NCBI GenBank assembly: GCA_963832165.1
Contig: CAWHTE010000011.1
Coordinates: 576,001-640,000, forward strand
Length of the DNA: 64,000 nt
From: an uncultured delta proteobacterium
GTDB lineage: Bacteria; Myxococcota_A; UBA9160; SMWR01
Reading direction: 5' to 3'
Shown: in pieces, positions 11,766-21,215 of the stretch
Position numbering within the stretch: position 1 is the stretch's first letter
How the letters are laid out: the number at the start of each line of letters is the position of its first letter
Notes under the pieces: generated by a model
Database searches by the model: none
Seen by the model: the letters and a program-made list of their open reading frames with translations, nothing else
What the model was told of the DNA's origin: nothing
Made by a program: the position numbers and the translations under genes

Positions 11766-12823
11766 CCCGAGCGCAGCCGGCGATCGTCGGACGCGTCGGC
11801 GATCGCGAGCGCGCGCTGCGCGAGCGCTTCGGCGGAGCGGCTCATCTTCTCGAAGCCGCGGCCGGCGGTCTTGCCGAGCTGGAAGCGCTTCAGGATGCCT
11901 TCGGCGATCACGGCGAGCTTGGTCAGCGCGAGCACCTGGTAGAAGTCGATCTGCGCGAGATCGCGGCCGCTCGCGGCGGCGTAGGCGGTGGCGACCTCCT
12001 TGCGCGAGAAGAAGCCCGGGTGCGCGGTGACCGAGCCGACCTCCTGGATCGATCCGCGCACGCGCGGATCGCCGGCCTCGACCCAGTAGATCAGCGTGTA
12101 GCCGACGTCCGCGAGCGGATCGCCCAGCGTCGCCATCTCCCAGTCGTAGATGGCGATCACGCGACCCGGGTCGCGTGGATCGAGCGCGAGATTCCCGAAG
12201 CGGTAGTCGCCGTGCACGAGCGTGGCGTCGGAGTGCGCAGGCAGCGCGCGCTCGAGTCGCGCGAGCAACGCCTCGATCTCGGGCAGCGGCGCGGTTCGGT
12301 TGGCCTCCCACTGCGTGCGCCAGCGGCGCAGCTGCCGCTCGAGGTAGCCGTCGGGGCGACCGAAGTCGGCGAGCCCCACCGCGGCGATGTCCACGCGGTG
12401 CAGCGCGACGAGCGTATCCACGAGCGCGCGGCTCGCGCGCGCTCGGTCGTCCGGCGTGTCGAGATAGCCCGGCGGCAGCTCGTTCTGGAGCACGACTCCG
12501 GGCCGATACTCCATGACGTAGAACGGGTAGTCGTTGACCGACGCGTCTTCGCATAGCGCGATCGGACGCGGGACGGGCACATCGCTGTCCGCGAGCGCCG
12601 CGAGCACGCGAAACTCGCGGCGCATGTCGTGTGCCGTGGGCAGCACGTGGCCGAGCGGCGGACGCCGCAGCGCGACGCTGCGCTCGCCCATGTCGACGCG
12701 ATAGGTGAGGTTGGAGCGACCGTCGCCGATCAGCTCGAAGCGCAGCGGCGCGTCGCCGCCCGGCACGGACTCGCGGAAGAAGCGCGTCACGCTCTCGAGC
12801 CGTATGCCGGGAAGAGTTTCCAC
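11762..12823 (-). CDS. APH/phosphotransferase family protein (ACAD10/11 N-terminal-like)
   Basis: GRSNLTY, LRRPP, AHDMRRE, LVHGDYRFGN, DWEMATLGDPLAD; GTG start inferred. Confidence 0.9.
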   Translation of the reverse strand: METLPGIRLESVTRFFRESVPGGDAPLRFELIGDGRSNLTYRVDMGERSVALRRPPLGHVLPTAHDMRREFRVLAALADSDVPVPRPIALCEDASVNDYPFYVMEYRPGVVLQNELPPGYLDTPDDRARASRALVDTLVALHRVDIAAVGLADFGRPDGYLERQLRRWRTQWEANRTAPLPEIEALLARLERALPAHSDATLVHGDYRFGNLALDPRDPGRVIAIYDWEMATLGDPLADVGYTLIYWVEAGDPRVRGSIQEVGSVTAHPGFFSRKEVATAYAAASGRDLAQIDFYQVLALTKLAVIAEGILKRFQLGKTAGRGFEKMSRSAEALAQRALAIADASDDRRLRSG

Positions 12824-12892
12824 CGCGCCGCATGCTACCGTGCACAGCCCCGGGGATTCGAGCCCGAGACCCCGAGTCCAAGGAGGGCCCCC

Positions 12893-13204
12893 ATGCGGCT
12901 CGAATTCCGATTCGAACTCTCCCAGCTCGAGGTGCCGCGCTTCGCGGTCGAGGCGATCGAGGGGATCGGAAAGCTGTTCACGCTCGCCACGTTGGTGCTG
13001 AACGTCCTCGCCACCAAGGAGCGCGTCGAGATCGTGTTCCATGGTTTGAACCCCGAAGATCCCGAGTCGAAGATCGCGGCGTTCCGCGAGATCATTCGCG
13101 GCAGCCGCGACGCGCGCGAGCTGCGCTACGAGCTCGGCAGCGGCGGACACATCACGGGCTCGTCGAGCTACTACCGCTGGGTCACGATCAGCTTCGCGAA
13201 GTAG
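12893..13204 (+). CDS. Hypothetical protein (103 aa)
   Basis: AGGAGG RBS before ATG; host-like GC3 codon pattern; no recognised motif. Confidence 0.7.
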   Translation: MRLEFRFELSQLEVPRFAVEAIEGIGKLFTLATLVLNVLATKERVEIVFHGLNPEDPESKIAAFREIIRGSRDARELRYELGSGGHITGSSSYYRWVTISFAK

Positions 13205-13216
13205 GCCGGTCCGGGA

Positions 13217-14425
13217 TCAGGGCCGTCGCACCGGGAAGCGCAGCTGCTCGGGTAGAGTCACGCGCGCAGCGCCTTCGCACAGCGCGATCCCACTCGCGGC
13301 GAGGGCGCGCGTGTCGAAGCCGGCGTCGCGCAGGCGCGCGAGCAGGTCTTCCCGTGTGGCGATGCGACACGCGTCCGTGCGCAGCTCGTTCGCGACGACG
13401 AGCGCCGAGCGCACGGGAATCCCGATGCGCTTCCACTCGACGAACGCGACGGGCGCGACGCAGCCGAGGTCGCTCGCCTCGAGCGCGTGGGCGATCGACC
13501 AGGCGCGGCGCGCGGGGCTGCCGCGCCAGACGTCGCGCAGGGAAGCGCGGTAGCGCCGCACCTCGAACCCCGGAGACGCCGAGCCGGACGCGAGCAGCGC
13601 GCTCGCCGTAACGGCGTCGAACGCGCGCGACACCAGACCGTGTCCCCCCGCGTGCTCGAAGTCCTCGAAGCGACGGCCCGCGCGCAGGCTGCGCCGCGAG
13701 CGGCTCAGGGCGTGAGCGCGCGCGCGTGCGAGTGACGCGCGGCCCACCGCGCGCACGCGCTCGCGGCTTTCGGAATCGAACGGGCGCTCGAGGCCGAGCG
13801 CGGCGGCGCGCAGCCGCACGCGATCGCCGCGCACGAGCAGCCGGCGCAGCGAATGGTCGAGACGGCCGAGGTCGCGCAAGCGCGCCGCCTCGCCATGCGA
13901 GCGGCGGGCCGCCTGCAGGTCGATCAGCACGGGCGCGCCGTTCGCGACGAGGATGTTCTCGCGGTGCAGGTCGCGGTGCACCCAGCCCGCGTCGTGCAGC
14001 GCGCGCACGAGCGCGCCGAGTGCGGCGAGCAGGGGCCGACGCTGTGCGGCGTCCGCGAGCGCTTCGGCGAGCGGAACGCCCGCGATCCACTCCGTGACGA
14101 GCACGTGCTCTCGGGACGGGAGCCGCACGTGCGCGAGCGGCGCCGGCACGGACACGCCCGCCGCGCGCAGCCGCGCGAACGTGCGCCACTCGCGCCGCGC
14201 GGTCGCGAGCCCGAGACGTTCCTTCCACGCGTCGCGCGTCGCGTGGCGATCGCTCGAGACGTAGTGCTTCACGAAGCAGGAGCGTCCGCCCGCGAGCGGT
14301 ACGCGCGCAATCCGCCGGCGATCGGCGCGTCGGCGCAGCCACTCCACGCCCTCGTCACGGGTGAGGCGCGCGATCGCCTCCTCGAGCTCGGCGCGCCGCG
14401 AGGCGTCCCCTGCCAACCACTCCAC
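13217..14425 (-). CDS. LPS kinase (Kdo/WaaP/InaA family) with a degenerate second kinase-like segment
   Basis: FVKHY, ARREW, VPAPLA, LHDAGWVHRDLHRENIL, LIDL. Confidence 0.82.
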   Translation of the reverse strand: MEWLAGDASRRAELEEAIARLTRDEGVEWLRRRADRRRIARVPLAGGRSCFVKHYVSSDRHATRDAWKERLGLATARREWRTFARLRAAGVSVPAPLAHVRLPSREHVLVTEWIAGVPLAEALADAAQRRPLLAALGALVRALHDAGWVHRDLHRENILVANGAPVLIDLQAARRSHGEAARLRDLGRLDHSLRRLLVRGDRVRLRAAALGLERPFDSESRERVRAVGRASLARARAHALSRSRRSLRAGRRFEDFEHAGGHGLVSRAFDAVTASALLASGSASPGFEVRRYRASLRDVWRGSPARRAWSIAHALEASDLGCVAPVAFVEWKRIGIPVRSALVVANELRTDACRIATREDLLARLRDAGFDTRALAASGIALCEGAARVTLPEQLRFPVRRP

Positions 14426-14431
14426 TGAGCG

Positions 14432-14662
14432 TCAGCGGGGCTCGCGGCGACGCGCCGCGATCGCGACGATCACCACTGCGGCGGCGAATCCCGCGCCATG
14501 GCCGATCGCGCTCTCGCGCGCGGGACAGAACGCGCCGGCTCGTTCGCTCGCCACCACCGGGAGCGGAGGACCCGGGATCGCGTCCGCGGAGGCGGTCGCG
14601 GCACACAAGAGCGCCGCGGCGATCACGCCGGCCCGTGACGGCAGGGACGGGGAAAAACCCAT
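14432..14662 (-). CDS. Small putative secreted/membrane-anchored protein
   Basis: Signal-like AALLCAATASA, then C-terminal GFAAAVVIVAIAA-RRREPR (TM plus basic tail). Confidence 0.5.
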   Translation of the reverse strand: MGFSPSLPSRAGVIAAALLCAATASADAIPGPPLPVVASERAGAFCPARESAIGHGAGFAAAVVIVAIAARRREPR

Positions 14663-14728
14663 ACAGCAGGCGAGGATAGTGGCTCGGAGTCGAAGCGCCA
14701 TCCAGCGCGCCGCGGGCCCGCCGCGGCA

Positions 14729-14756
14729 TTGCAAAGGCGGTCGCGGCTCGTATAGT
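14729..14756 (+). promoter_or_regulatory. Putative sigma70 promoter for the Gld-like ABC operon
   Basis: TTGCAA-N16-TATAGT about 60 nt upstream of the ATG at 14819. Confidence 0.5.
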
Positions 14757-14818
14757 ACGCCCCGCCGACGACGGGACCTATCAATGCCCGCTCCATCGAC
14801 GCGGGAGACCGGCGATTC

Positions 14819-15568
14819 ATGATCGAGGCCACCAACCTCTCGAAGCGCTACGGGGACATCACCGCGGTCGACGGTGTCTCGTTCTCGGTGGAGCGCGGTG
14901 AGGTGGTGGGCTTCCTCGGGCCGAACGGCGCGGGCAAGACCACCACGATGCGGATGCTGACGGGCTTTCTGCCGCCGACCGACGGCAGCGCCAAGATCTG
15001 CGGGCACGACATCTTCGAGGCGCCGCTCGAGGCGCGGCGCGCAATCGGCTACCTGCCCGAATCGCCGCCGCTCTATCCCGAGATGTCGGTGTTCTCGTAC
15101 GTCGACTACGTGGCGCGGATCAAGGACGTCCCGCGCCGCGAGCGTCGCGCCAAGGTGGAGCGCGCGCTCGAGCGCTGCGGTCTCGCGGCGGTGTCGCGGC
15201 GCGTGATCGGGACGCTCTCGAAGGGCTACCGGCAGCGTGTCGGGCTCGCGCAGGCCATCGTGCACGAGCCGCCCGTGCTGATCCTCGACGAGCCCACGAT
15301 CGGTCTCGATCCGATCCAGATCGGCGAGATCCGCGCGCTGATCGCCGAGCTCGCCCGCGGCAGCGGCGGCGAAGCGCAGCACACCGTGATCCTCTCCACG
15401 CACATCCTGCCCGAGGTGGAGGCGATCTGCCGGCGCGTCGTGATGATCAACCAGGGCCGCAAGACGATCGATGCGCCGCTCGCCGAGCTCACGAAGGACG
15501 GCCGCGGCCTCGAAGAGCTGTTCGCGCGCCAGGTCGCGTCGGACGCCGCCGCGCTGGATCAGCCGTGA
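14819..15568 (+). CDS. ABC-2 ATPase (GldA-like)
   Basis: GPNGAGKTT, LSKGYRQRVGLAQA, ILDEPTIGLDP, STHILPEVE. Confidence 0.92.
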   Translation: MIEATNLSKRYGDITAVDGVSFSVERGEVVGFLGPNGAGKTTTMRMLTGFLPPTDGSAKICGHDIFEAPLEARRAIGYLPESPPLYPEMSVFSYVDYVARIKDVPRRERRAKVERALERCGLAAVSRRVIGTLSKGYRQRVGLAQAIVHEPPVLILDEPTIGLDPIQIGEIRALIAELARGSGGEAQHTVILSTHILPEVEAICRRVVMINQGRKTIDAPLAELTKDGRGLEELFARQVASDAAALDQP

Positions 15569-16350
15569 AGCACGTGCAGACGGTCGCCTGGCGCGAGCTC
15601 CGCTCGCTGTTCGTGTCGCCGGTGGCCTACGGCGTGCTCTCGCTGTTTGCGGTGCTCGCGGGCCTGTTCTTCATCCTCGGCGTGGCCGCGTTCAACACCT
15701 GGGTGCTCCAGCTCCAGCAGTTCCAGGCGTTCGATCAGCTCGAGAAGATCAACCTCTCCGATCACCTCGTCGCGCAGTTCTACGACTCGGTCGGGGTCGT
15801 GCTGCTGTTCCTCGTGCCCGGGATCACGATGGGCCTGTTCGCGGCCGAGAAGACCAACGGCACGCAGGAGCTCCTGCTCACGAGCCCGCTCACGATCTGG
15901 GACGTCGTGCTCGGCAAGTTCGCTGCGGGCGCGGCCTTCATCGCGATCCTCGTGGCGATGGTCGCCGCGTTTCCGGGGCTCTTGTTCATCTACGGCGACC
16001 CCGAGATCGGCAAGACCGTGTCGGGCCTGCTGGGTCTCCTGTTCGTGGGCTGGACCTACGTCGCGATCGGCGCGTTCGCGTCCTCGGTGACGCGCAGCCA
16101 GGTGGTGAGCTTCCTGATCGCGTTCGTGCTGCTCTTGTGTCTCTTGCTCGCGCCCGCGCTCGCGGAGCTCGGTGTGCTCGGCGGCTCGGGTGGACTCGGC
16201 GGCGCGCTCGCCTGGGTGTCGACCGGCGAGCACTTCCAGCAGATGCTCAAGGGCCTCGTCGACACCAGCGACCTGGTCTACTTCGTCGTGATCATCGGCT
16301 CGTTCCTGCTGCTCACCAAGGCCAGCGTCGAGTCGGTGCGCTGGCGTTAG
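15565..16350 (+). CDS. ABC-2 permease (GldF-like)
   Basis: RELRSLFVSP, EKTNGTQELLLTSP, VLGKF, six TM segments. Confidence 0.88.
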   Translation: MKHVQTVAWRELRSLFVSPVAYGVLSLFAVLAGLFFILGVAAFNTWVLQLQQFQAFDQLEKINLSDHLVAQFYDSVGVVLLFLVPGITMGLFAAEKTNGTQELLLTSPLTIWDVVLGKFAAGAAFIAILVAMVAAFPGLLFIYGDPEIGKTVSGLLGLLFVGWTYVAIGAFASSVTRSQVVSFLIAFVLLLCLLLAPALAELGVLGGSGGLGGALAWVSTGEHFQQMLKGLVDTSDLVYFVVIIGSFLLLTKASVESVRWR

Positions 16351-16368
16351 GCAGACAGGAGTACGCCC

Positions 16369-17961
16369 ATGCCCGGACTGCCTCCGCTGCTCGCCGCGCT
16401 CGGTGTGGTGGGAATCGGCTTCTCGCTGCTCTCGTTCGTGATCGTGATCGCGAGCGGTGCCGGCATCTCGTCGGACCTCGGGTGGATCGGCGGGAACCTC
16501 GTGATCGGACTCGTGCTGCTCGTCACGGCCGCCGCGATGAACATCGACGCGCTGCGCGAGCGGATGTCGTCGGGAGAGGCGCGCCGCGCAGGCAAGTACG
16601 GCACGAGCGCCGTGCTCTCCACGCTGCTCGGCATCGCGCTGCTCGGCATGCTCGGCTTCCTGGGCACGCGCTATCACCATCGCTTCGACTGGAGCGAGCA
16701 GAAGGTCCACACGCTCTCGGACCAGACGAAGAAGGTGCTCGAGGGGCTCGAGCAGGACGTCGACGTCACGGTGCTCGTGAGCTCGATCGATCAGGCGCCC
16801 GTGCGCGAGCTGCTCGACCGCTACACCTACGTGAGTCCGCGCTTCCGCGTCGAATACGCCGACCCGAACGAGCGGCCGGGCCTGCTCGAGGAATTCGAGA
16901 TCGATGCGGCCAAGCTCGGCGAGCACGGCCTCGTGCGCGTGGCGATCGGCGGTGAAGCCGTCGAGGTGACCCAGATCGACGAGGAGCACGTCACCAACGC
17001 GATGGTCAAGCTGTCGCGCACGGGCGAGAAGGTCGTCTATTTCGTTCAGGGTCACGGCGAAGACGCGATCGAAGGGGAGGACGCTGCGGGGCGCGAGGGC
17101 TTCGCGCGCGCGGCCGACGCGCTGCGCAACGAGAACTACCGCATCGCGCCGCTCCTGCTCGCGAGCGTGAAGGACGTGCCCGAGGACGCCGACGTGGTGA
17201 TCGTCGCGGGTGCGAAGACGCGGATGTTCGACGAGGAGCTCGCGGTGCTCGACCGCTACCTCGCGCGCGGCGGCGCCGTGCTGGCGCTGGTCGATCCGCG
17301 CGTCGCGGGGACCTGGGTCGACAAGCTGCGCGCGTGGGGCGTCGAGCTCGGCAACGACATCGTGATCGACCGCGCGCTCGCACTGTTCGGCCGCGCCGTG
17401 ACGCCGTTCGCGGGCCAGTACGATCCGGAGAATCCGATCACGAGAGACTTTCGCGATGTGCGCAATGACACGGTGATGTTCCACGAGGCGCGGAGCGTGC
17501 GGCCCAGGGACGGGGTCGCGCTCACGTCGATCGTGTTCACGGGCGAGGCGTCGTGGGCCGAGCGCGATCTGGGCCGGCTCGACAGCGAGGGCGCCGCAGC
17601 GATGGACCCCGACGACATCGAGGGGCCCGTGCCCGTGATGGTCGCGGGCACGCCGGTGCTCTCCTCCGCGGAGGCCACTGCCGCGAAGGCGCGCCTCGTG
17701 GTGGTCGGCGATGCGAATTTCGCCTCGAACGAGTACATCGACGCGGGTCGCAATCGCGACCTGTTCCTGAACGCCGCCAACTGGCTGATCGGCGACATCG
17801 AGGCGATCTCGGTGCGGCCGAACACGTCGCGCGCCTCTCGCTTCGAGCTCAGCGCGGAACAGTTCCACTCGATCCGCTCCGCGTCGCTGTTCATCCTGCC
17901 CGAGCTGATCGCGGTGCTCGGCGTGTTCACGTGGTGGTCCCGGCGCCATTCGAAGGCCTAG
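16369..17961 (+). CDS. GldG-family ABC auxiliary protein
   Basis: RFDWSEQKVHTLSDQT, VYFVQGHGE, RLVVVGDANFASN, NRDLFLNAANWL. Confidence 0.88.
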   Translation: MPGLPPLLAALGVVGIGFSLLSFVIVIASGAGISSDLGWIGGNLVIGLVLLVTAAAMNIDALRERMSSGEARRAGKYGTSAVLSTLLGIALLGMLGFLGTRYHHRFDWSEQKVHTLSDQTKKVLEGLEQDVDVTVLVSSIDQAPVRELLDRYTYVSPRFRVEYADPNERPGLLEEFEIDAAKLGEHGLVRVAIGGEAVEVTQIDEEHVTNAMVKLSRTGEKVVYFVQGHGEDAIEGEDAAGREGFARAADALRNENYRIAPLLLASVKDVPEDADVVIVAGAKTRMFDEELAVLDRYLARGGAVLALVDPRVAGTWVDKLRAWGVELGNDIVIDRALALFGRAVTPFAGQYDPENPITRDFRDVRNDTVMFHEARSVRPRDGVALTSIVFTGEASWAERDLGRLDSEGAAAMDPDDIEGPVPVMVAGTPVLSSAEATAAKARLVVVGDANFASNEYIDAGRNRDLFLNAANWLIGDIEAISVRPNTSRASRFELSAEQFHSIRSASLFILPELIAVLGVFTWWSRRHSKA

Positions 17962-17964
17962 CCC

Positions 17965-19530
17965 ATGAACCCGAGAACGACGGCCCTGCTGCTGCTCGCG
18001 GTGCTGGGCCTCGGCGCGTTTCTGTACTTCTACGAGCTCGGCGGCCAGGCCGGGCGGCTCGAATCCGAGGAGCGCGCCAAGCGCTTGTTCTCGGGCATCG
18101 AGGCCGATGACGTCCAGTGGATCGCGTTGCGCACGAGCGACGGAGTCGACGCGCGCTTCGAGCGGCGCGACGGAAAGTGGGAGATCGTCGCACCGCTCGC
18201 GTTCCCGGCCGATGCCGGGCTCGATCGCCTCGCCGAGGCGCTCGCCACGGTGACGAGCGAGAAGAAGTTCGACCATCCCCAGCCCGACGCCGAGTACGGC
18301 CTCGACGACGCCGCCGCGAAGATCGTGCGCTTCGGGGCCGGCGGAGCCGAACATTCGCTGCGCATCGGCAAGGCGGCGCCGGTCGGCTCGAACGTGTACG
18401 CGCGCGCGGGCGATTCTCCCGACGTGCACATGATCGCGAGCTTTCGCGCCACCGCGTTCGCGCGCACGCTCGCGGATCTGCGCGACAAGCAGGTGCTCGC
18501 GTTCGATCCGAGCGCGATCGCGGAGATCGAGGCGAGCTGGCCCGGCGGCCGCGTGGTGGTGTCGCGCGCGCCCGCACCCGAGGCAAAGGGCGAGGCGAAG
18601 CCGGGCGAGGGCGCACCGCCCGAGGCGGAACAGCCTTGGCAGATCACCGCGCCGCTCGCGGCGCGCGCCGACGGCGACGCGGTCGACAATCTGCTCTCGA
18701 CGCTGTCGTTCCTGCGCGCCGACGCGTTCGTCGACGCGCCGACCTCCGCGCAGCGCAAGCAGCTCGAGCCGCCGGATTTCGCGGTCGTGCTGCGCAACCG
18801 GGATGCGAAGATCCCGCCGCTCTCGCTCGCGGTCGGCCGGCCCGAGGGTGAGCGCCGGGCCGTGCACGCGGGCCGCGACGTGCTGTACGAGATCGCCGCG
18901 ACCCGCATCTCCGACTTCCCGCGCACGGTCGCCGCCTATCGCGAGCGCCATCTCGCGCGGTTCGCGGCCACCGACGCCGATCAGCTCGACTTCTTCTTCC
19001 ACGTCCCGGGCGGCGATCCCGTGGCGATCCGCGCCGAGCGCAGCGGCGACGCGGGCTGGACCTCGAGCCCCGAGCCGTTTGCCTCGGGCGCGCTCGCGGG
19101 CATCGTCTCCGAGCTGTCGCGGCTCGAGGCCGCCGACATCGTCGCCGAGTCGATGGGCGAGAAGCAGCTCGAGAAGCTCGGGCTTTCACCGCCCCAGACG
19201 ATCATCACGGTGTTCGGCGCCGCGCCGGCCGGCGCGAAGGCGCCCGAGGGCGACGCAGCGGTGGAGAAGGAAGAGGGGGGCGAAGCGCTTCCGCCCGCCG
19301 CGCCGCGCCTGGCCGAGATCCACCTCGGAAGCGTGACACCCAAAGGTGTCGCCGCGCGCGCCGTCGGCGATCCGATCGTCTACCGCCTCGACCTCGACAC
19401 CGCCGAGCGCCTGCCCGTGAATCTCGGTGCCTTCCACAGCCGGTTCCGCGAGCAGCCCGCCGCAGCCGTACCCGCGCCGGCCGCCGAGCCCGGCACCGAG
19501 CCGCCGATGCCGGCCCAGGATTCGCCGTAG
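17965..19530 (+). CDS. DUF4340 domain protein
   Basis: N-terminal anchor; repeated W-I-APL, YGL, IG-AP and DLRDK modules; typical position after GldG. Confidence 0.8.
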   Translation: MNPRTTALLLLAVLGLGAFLYFYELGGQAGRLESEERAKRLFSGIEADDVQWIALRTSDGVDARFERRDGKWEIVAPLAFPADAGLDRLAEALATVTSEKKFDHPQPDAEYGLDDAAAKIVRFGAGGAEHSLRIGKAAPVGSNVYARAGDSPDVHMIASFRATAFARTLADLRDKQVLAFDPSAIAEIEASWPGGRVVVSRAPAPEAKGEAKPGEGAPPEAEQPWQITAPLAARADGDAVDNLLSTLSFLRADAFVDAPTSAQRKQLEPPDFAVVLRNRDAKIPPLSLAVGRPEGERRAVHAGRDVLYEIAATRISDFPRTVAAYRERHLARFAATDADQLDFFFHVPGGDPVAIRAERSGDAGWTSSPEPFASGALAGIVSELSRLEAADIVAESMGEKQLEKLGLSPPQTIITVFGAAPAGAKAPEGDAAVEKEEGGEALPPAAPRLAEIHLGSVTPKGVAARAVGDPIVYRLDLDTAERLPVNLGAFHSRFREQPAAAVPAPAAEPGTEPPMPAQDSP

Positions 19531-19536
19531 GGCGGA

Positions 19537-20323
19537 TCAGAGGCGCAGGATCTCGATCATCGCCTCATGCAGATGACCATTGCTCGCGACCGTCTCGCGG
19601 CCGTCGCCCGACGCGGGTCGGCCCGAGAGATCGCTCGTGCGCCCGCCCGCCTCCTCGACGATCAGGTTGCCTGCGGTGACGTCCCAGGGGTGGAGCTTGA
19701 GCTCTCAGAACCCGTCGAAGCGCCCCGCCGCGACATAACACAGATCGAGAGCGGCGCTGCCGTCGCGGCGCAGACCGCGCACCCGCTTCACGAACGCCGC
19801 GAAGTGGTCGAGATTGTCCTGGGCGCTCTTGTGGACGTCGTAGGCGAAGCCCGTCGCGAGCAGAGCGCGCCCGAGCTCGCGCTCTTCCGAAACGCGCAGC
19901 GGGCGGCCGTTGCAGGTCGCGCCGGCGCCGCGCGTCGCCGCGAACAGCTCGTCGAGCAGTGGGTCGTACACGACACCGACGGACGCCTCGCCGCCGCGCT
20001 GCACGCCGATCGAGACGCAGAAACGCGGGTAGCCGTGGGCGTAGTTCATCGTCCCGTCGAGCGGGTCGATCACCCAGCGCCACTCGGCGCCGGGCCGGTC
20101 GGTCGCCGCCGCCTTCCTCGGCGAGGACCGCGTCGTCCGGGCGCTCGCGGCGCAGCGCGCCCACGATCAGCGCCTCGCACGCCTGGTCCACCTCCGTCAC
20201 GAGATCGATCGAGGCGCTCTTCGTGCGCACGACCAGCTCGGTCTCGTAGCGCTCGCGCTGGATCGCGCCGGCGGCGCGCGCGAGGTGTTCCGCGAGCGCG
20301 CGCACGCGTGCAACTTCGATCAT
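19537..20323 (-). CDS. suhB: Inositol monophosphatase (SuhB-like), with a +1 frameshift at about 20100 and an in-frame TGA at 19707-19705
   Basis: DLVTEVD, VLAEE, WVIDPLDGTMNY, GSAALDLCYVAAGRFDGF*ELKLHPWD. Confidence 0.82.
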
Positions 20324-21108
20324 TGCGGCAACCGGAAGCGCGCGCGCGCGTTGCGCGTGGTGATGCGCGCCACCTCCTCCTCGGAGCGCCCCTGCACCGA
20401 CGCGAGCACGCGGCCCACATCCACCACGCGCACGGGCTCGTTGCGCCGCCCGCGATAGCCCTCGGGCGCGAGCAGCGGCGCGTCGGTCTCCACGAGCAGG
20501 CGCTCGAGCGGCAGCGCCGCCGCCACCGAGCGCAGACCGCGATCGTTGCGGAAGGTGAGGATCCCCGAGAACGAGACGTCGAGCTCCGCGTCGAGCGCGC
20601 GGCGCGCGAACTCGAGCGATCCCGTGTAGCAGTGGAGCACGCCGCCGACCTCCGCGCCGCGCTCCGCGGTCCAGATGTCGAGCAGCTCGTCGAAGGCGTT
20701 CGGCTCGTCGCCGCGCACGTGAATCGACATCGGCAGCCCCTGCTCGCGCGCCCACGCTACCTGCTCGGCGAACACGCTGCGCTGCACCTCGCGCGGCGAG
20801 TTCATGTAGTGGTAGTCGAGGCCCGCCTCACCGACCGCGACCACGCGCGGGTGGGTGAGCCATTGCGCGAGAGCGGCGCGGCCCGCGTCGTCGAGCGCGG
20901 CGGCTTCGTGGGGGTGCACGCCCACCGTCGCCCACACGCGATCATCGGAATCTGCGAGCGCGATCGCGCTCGCGTTCTTCGCCACCCCGTAGCCCGAGCC
21001 GATCGCGAGGAGTCCCTCGACACCGCCCGAGAACGCGCGCTCGGCGACCGCCGCGCGGTCTTCGGCGAACTCGTCTGCCCCGAGATGGCAGTGGCTGTCG
21101 AACCACAT
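20320..21108 (-). CDS. tatD: TatD family DNase
   Basis: DSHCHL, GVHPH, VGEAGLDY, GVLHCYTG, LVETDAP. Confidence 0.95.
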   Translation of the reverse strand: MWFDSHCHLGADEFAEDRAAVAERAFSGGVEGLLAIGSGYGVAKNASAIALADSDDRVWATVGVHPHEAAALDDAGRAALAQWLTHPRVVAVGEAGLDYHYMNSPREVQRSVFAEQVAWAREQGLPMSIHVRGDEPNAFDELLDIWTAERGAEVGGVLHCYTGSLEFARRALDAELDVSFSGILTFRNDRGLRSVAAALPLERLLVETDAPLLAPEGYRGRRNEPVRVVDVGRVLASVQGRSEEEVARITTRNARARFRLPQ

Positions 21109-21111
21109 CTA

Positions 21112-21193
21112 GCAAGCGCCGCGTAGCGGCGCGCGCAGCGAGCCGAAGGCGAGCGGAGTCGAAAAGGTGGCCTCGGGTTTCGCGACGACTCGA
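21112..21193 (+). repeat. Dispersed REP/MITE-like element (copy A)
   Basis: Core GCGCAGCGAGCCGAAGGCGAGCG; about 80 bp highly similar to the reverse complement of 47689-47770. Confidence 0.8.
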
Positions 21194-21215
21194 AGCATGA
21201 GCCCTGGGTCGTCTC

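Noticed and set aside
15559..19002. Very long antisense and alternate-frame ORFs (e.g. 1147 aa here, 4885-7014, 49494-51977, 31427-34036)
   Set aside because: These are shadow ORFs expected in high-GC DNA opposite well-supported genes. They are Arg/Ala-rich and have no motifs.
19705..19707. Selenocysteine or genetic code 4 readthrough
   Set aside because: The position is not a Cys site, and TGA is used as a normal stop by many genes in the window.
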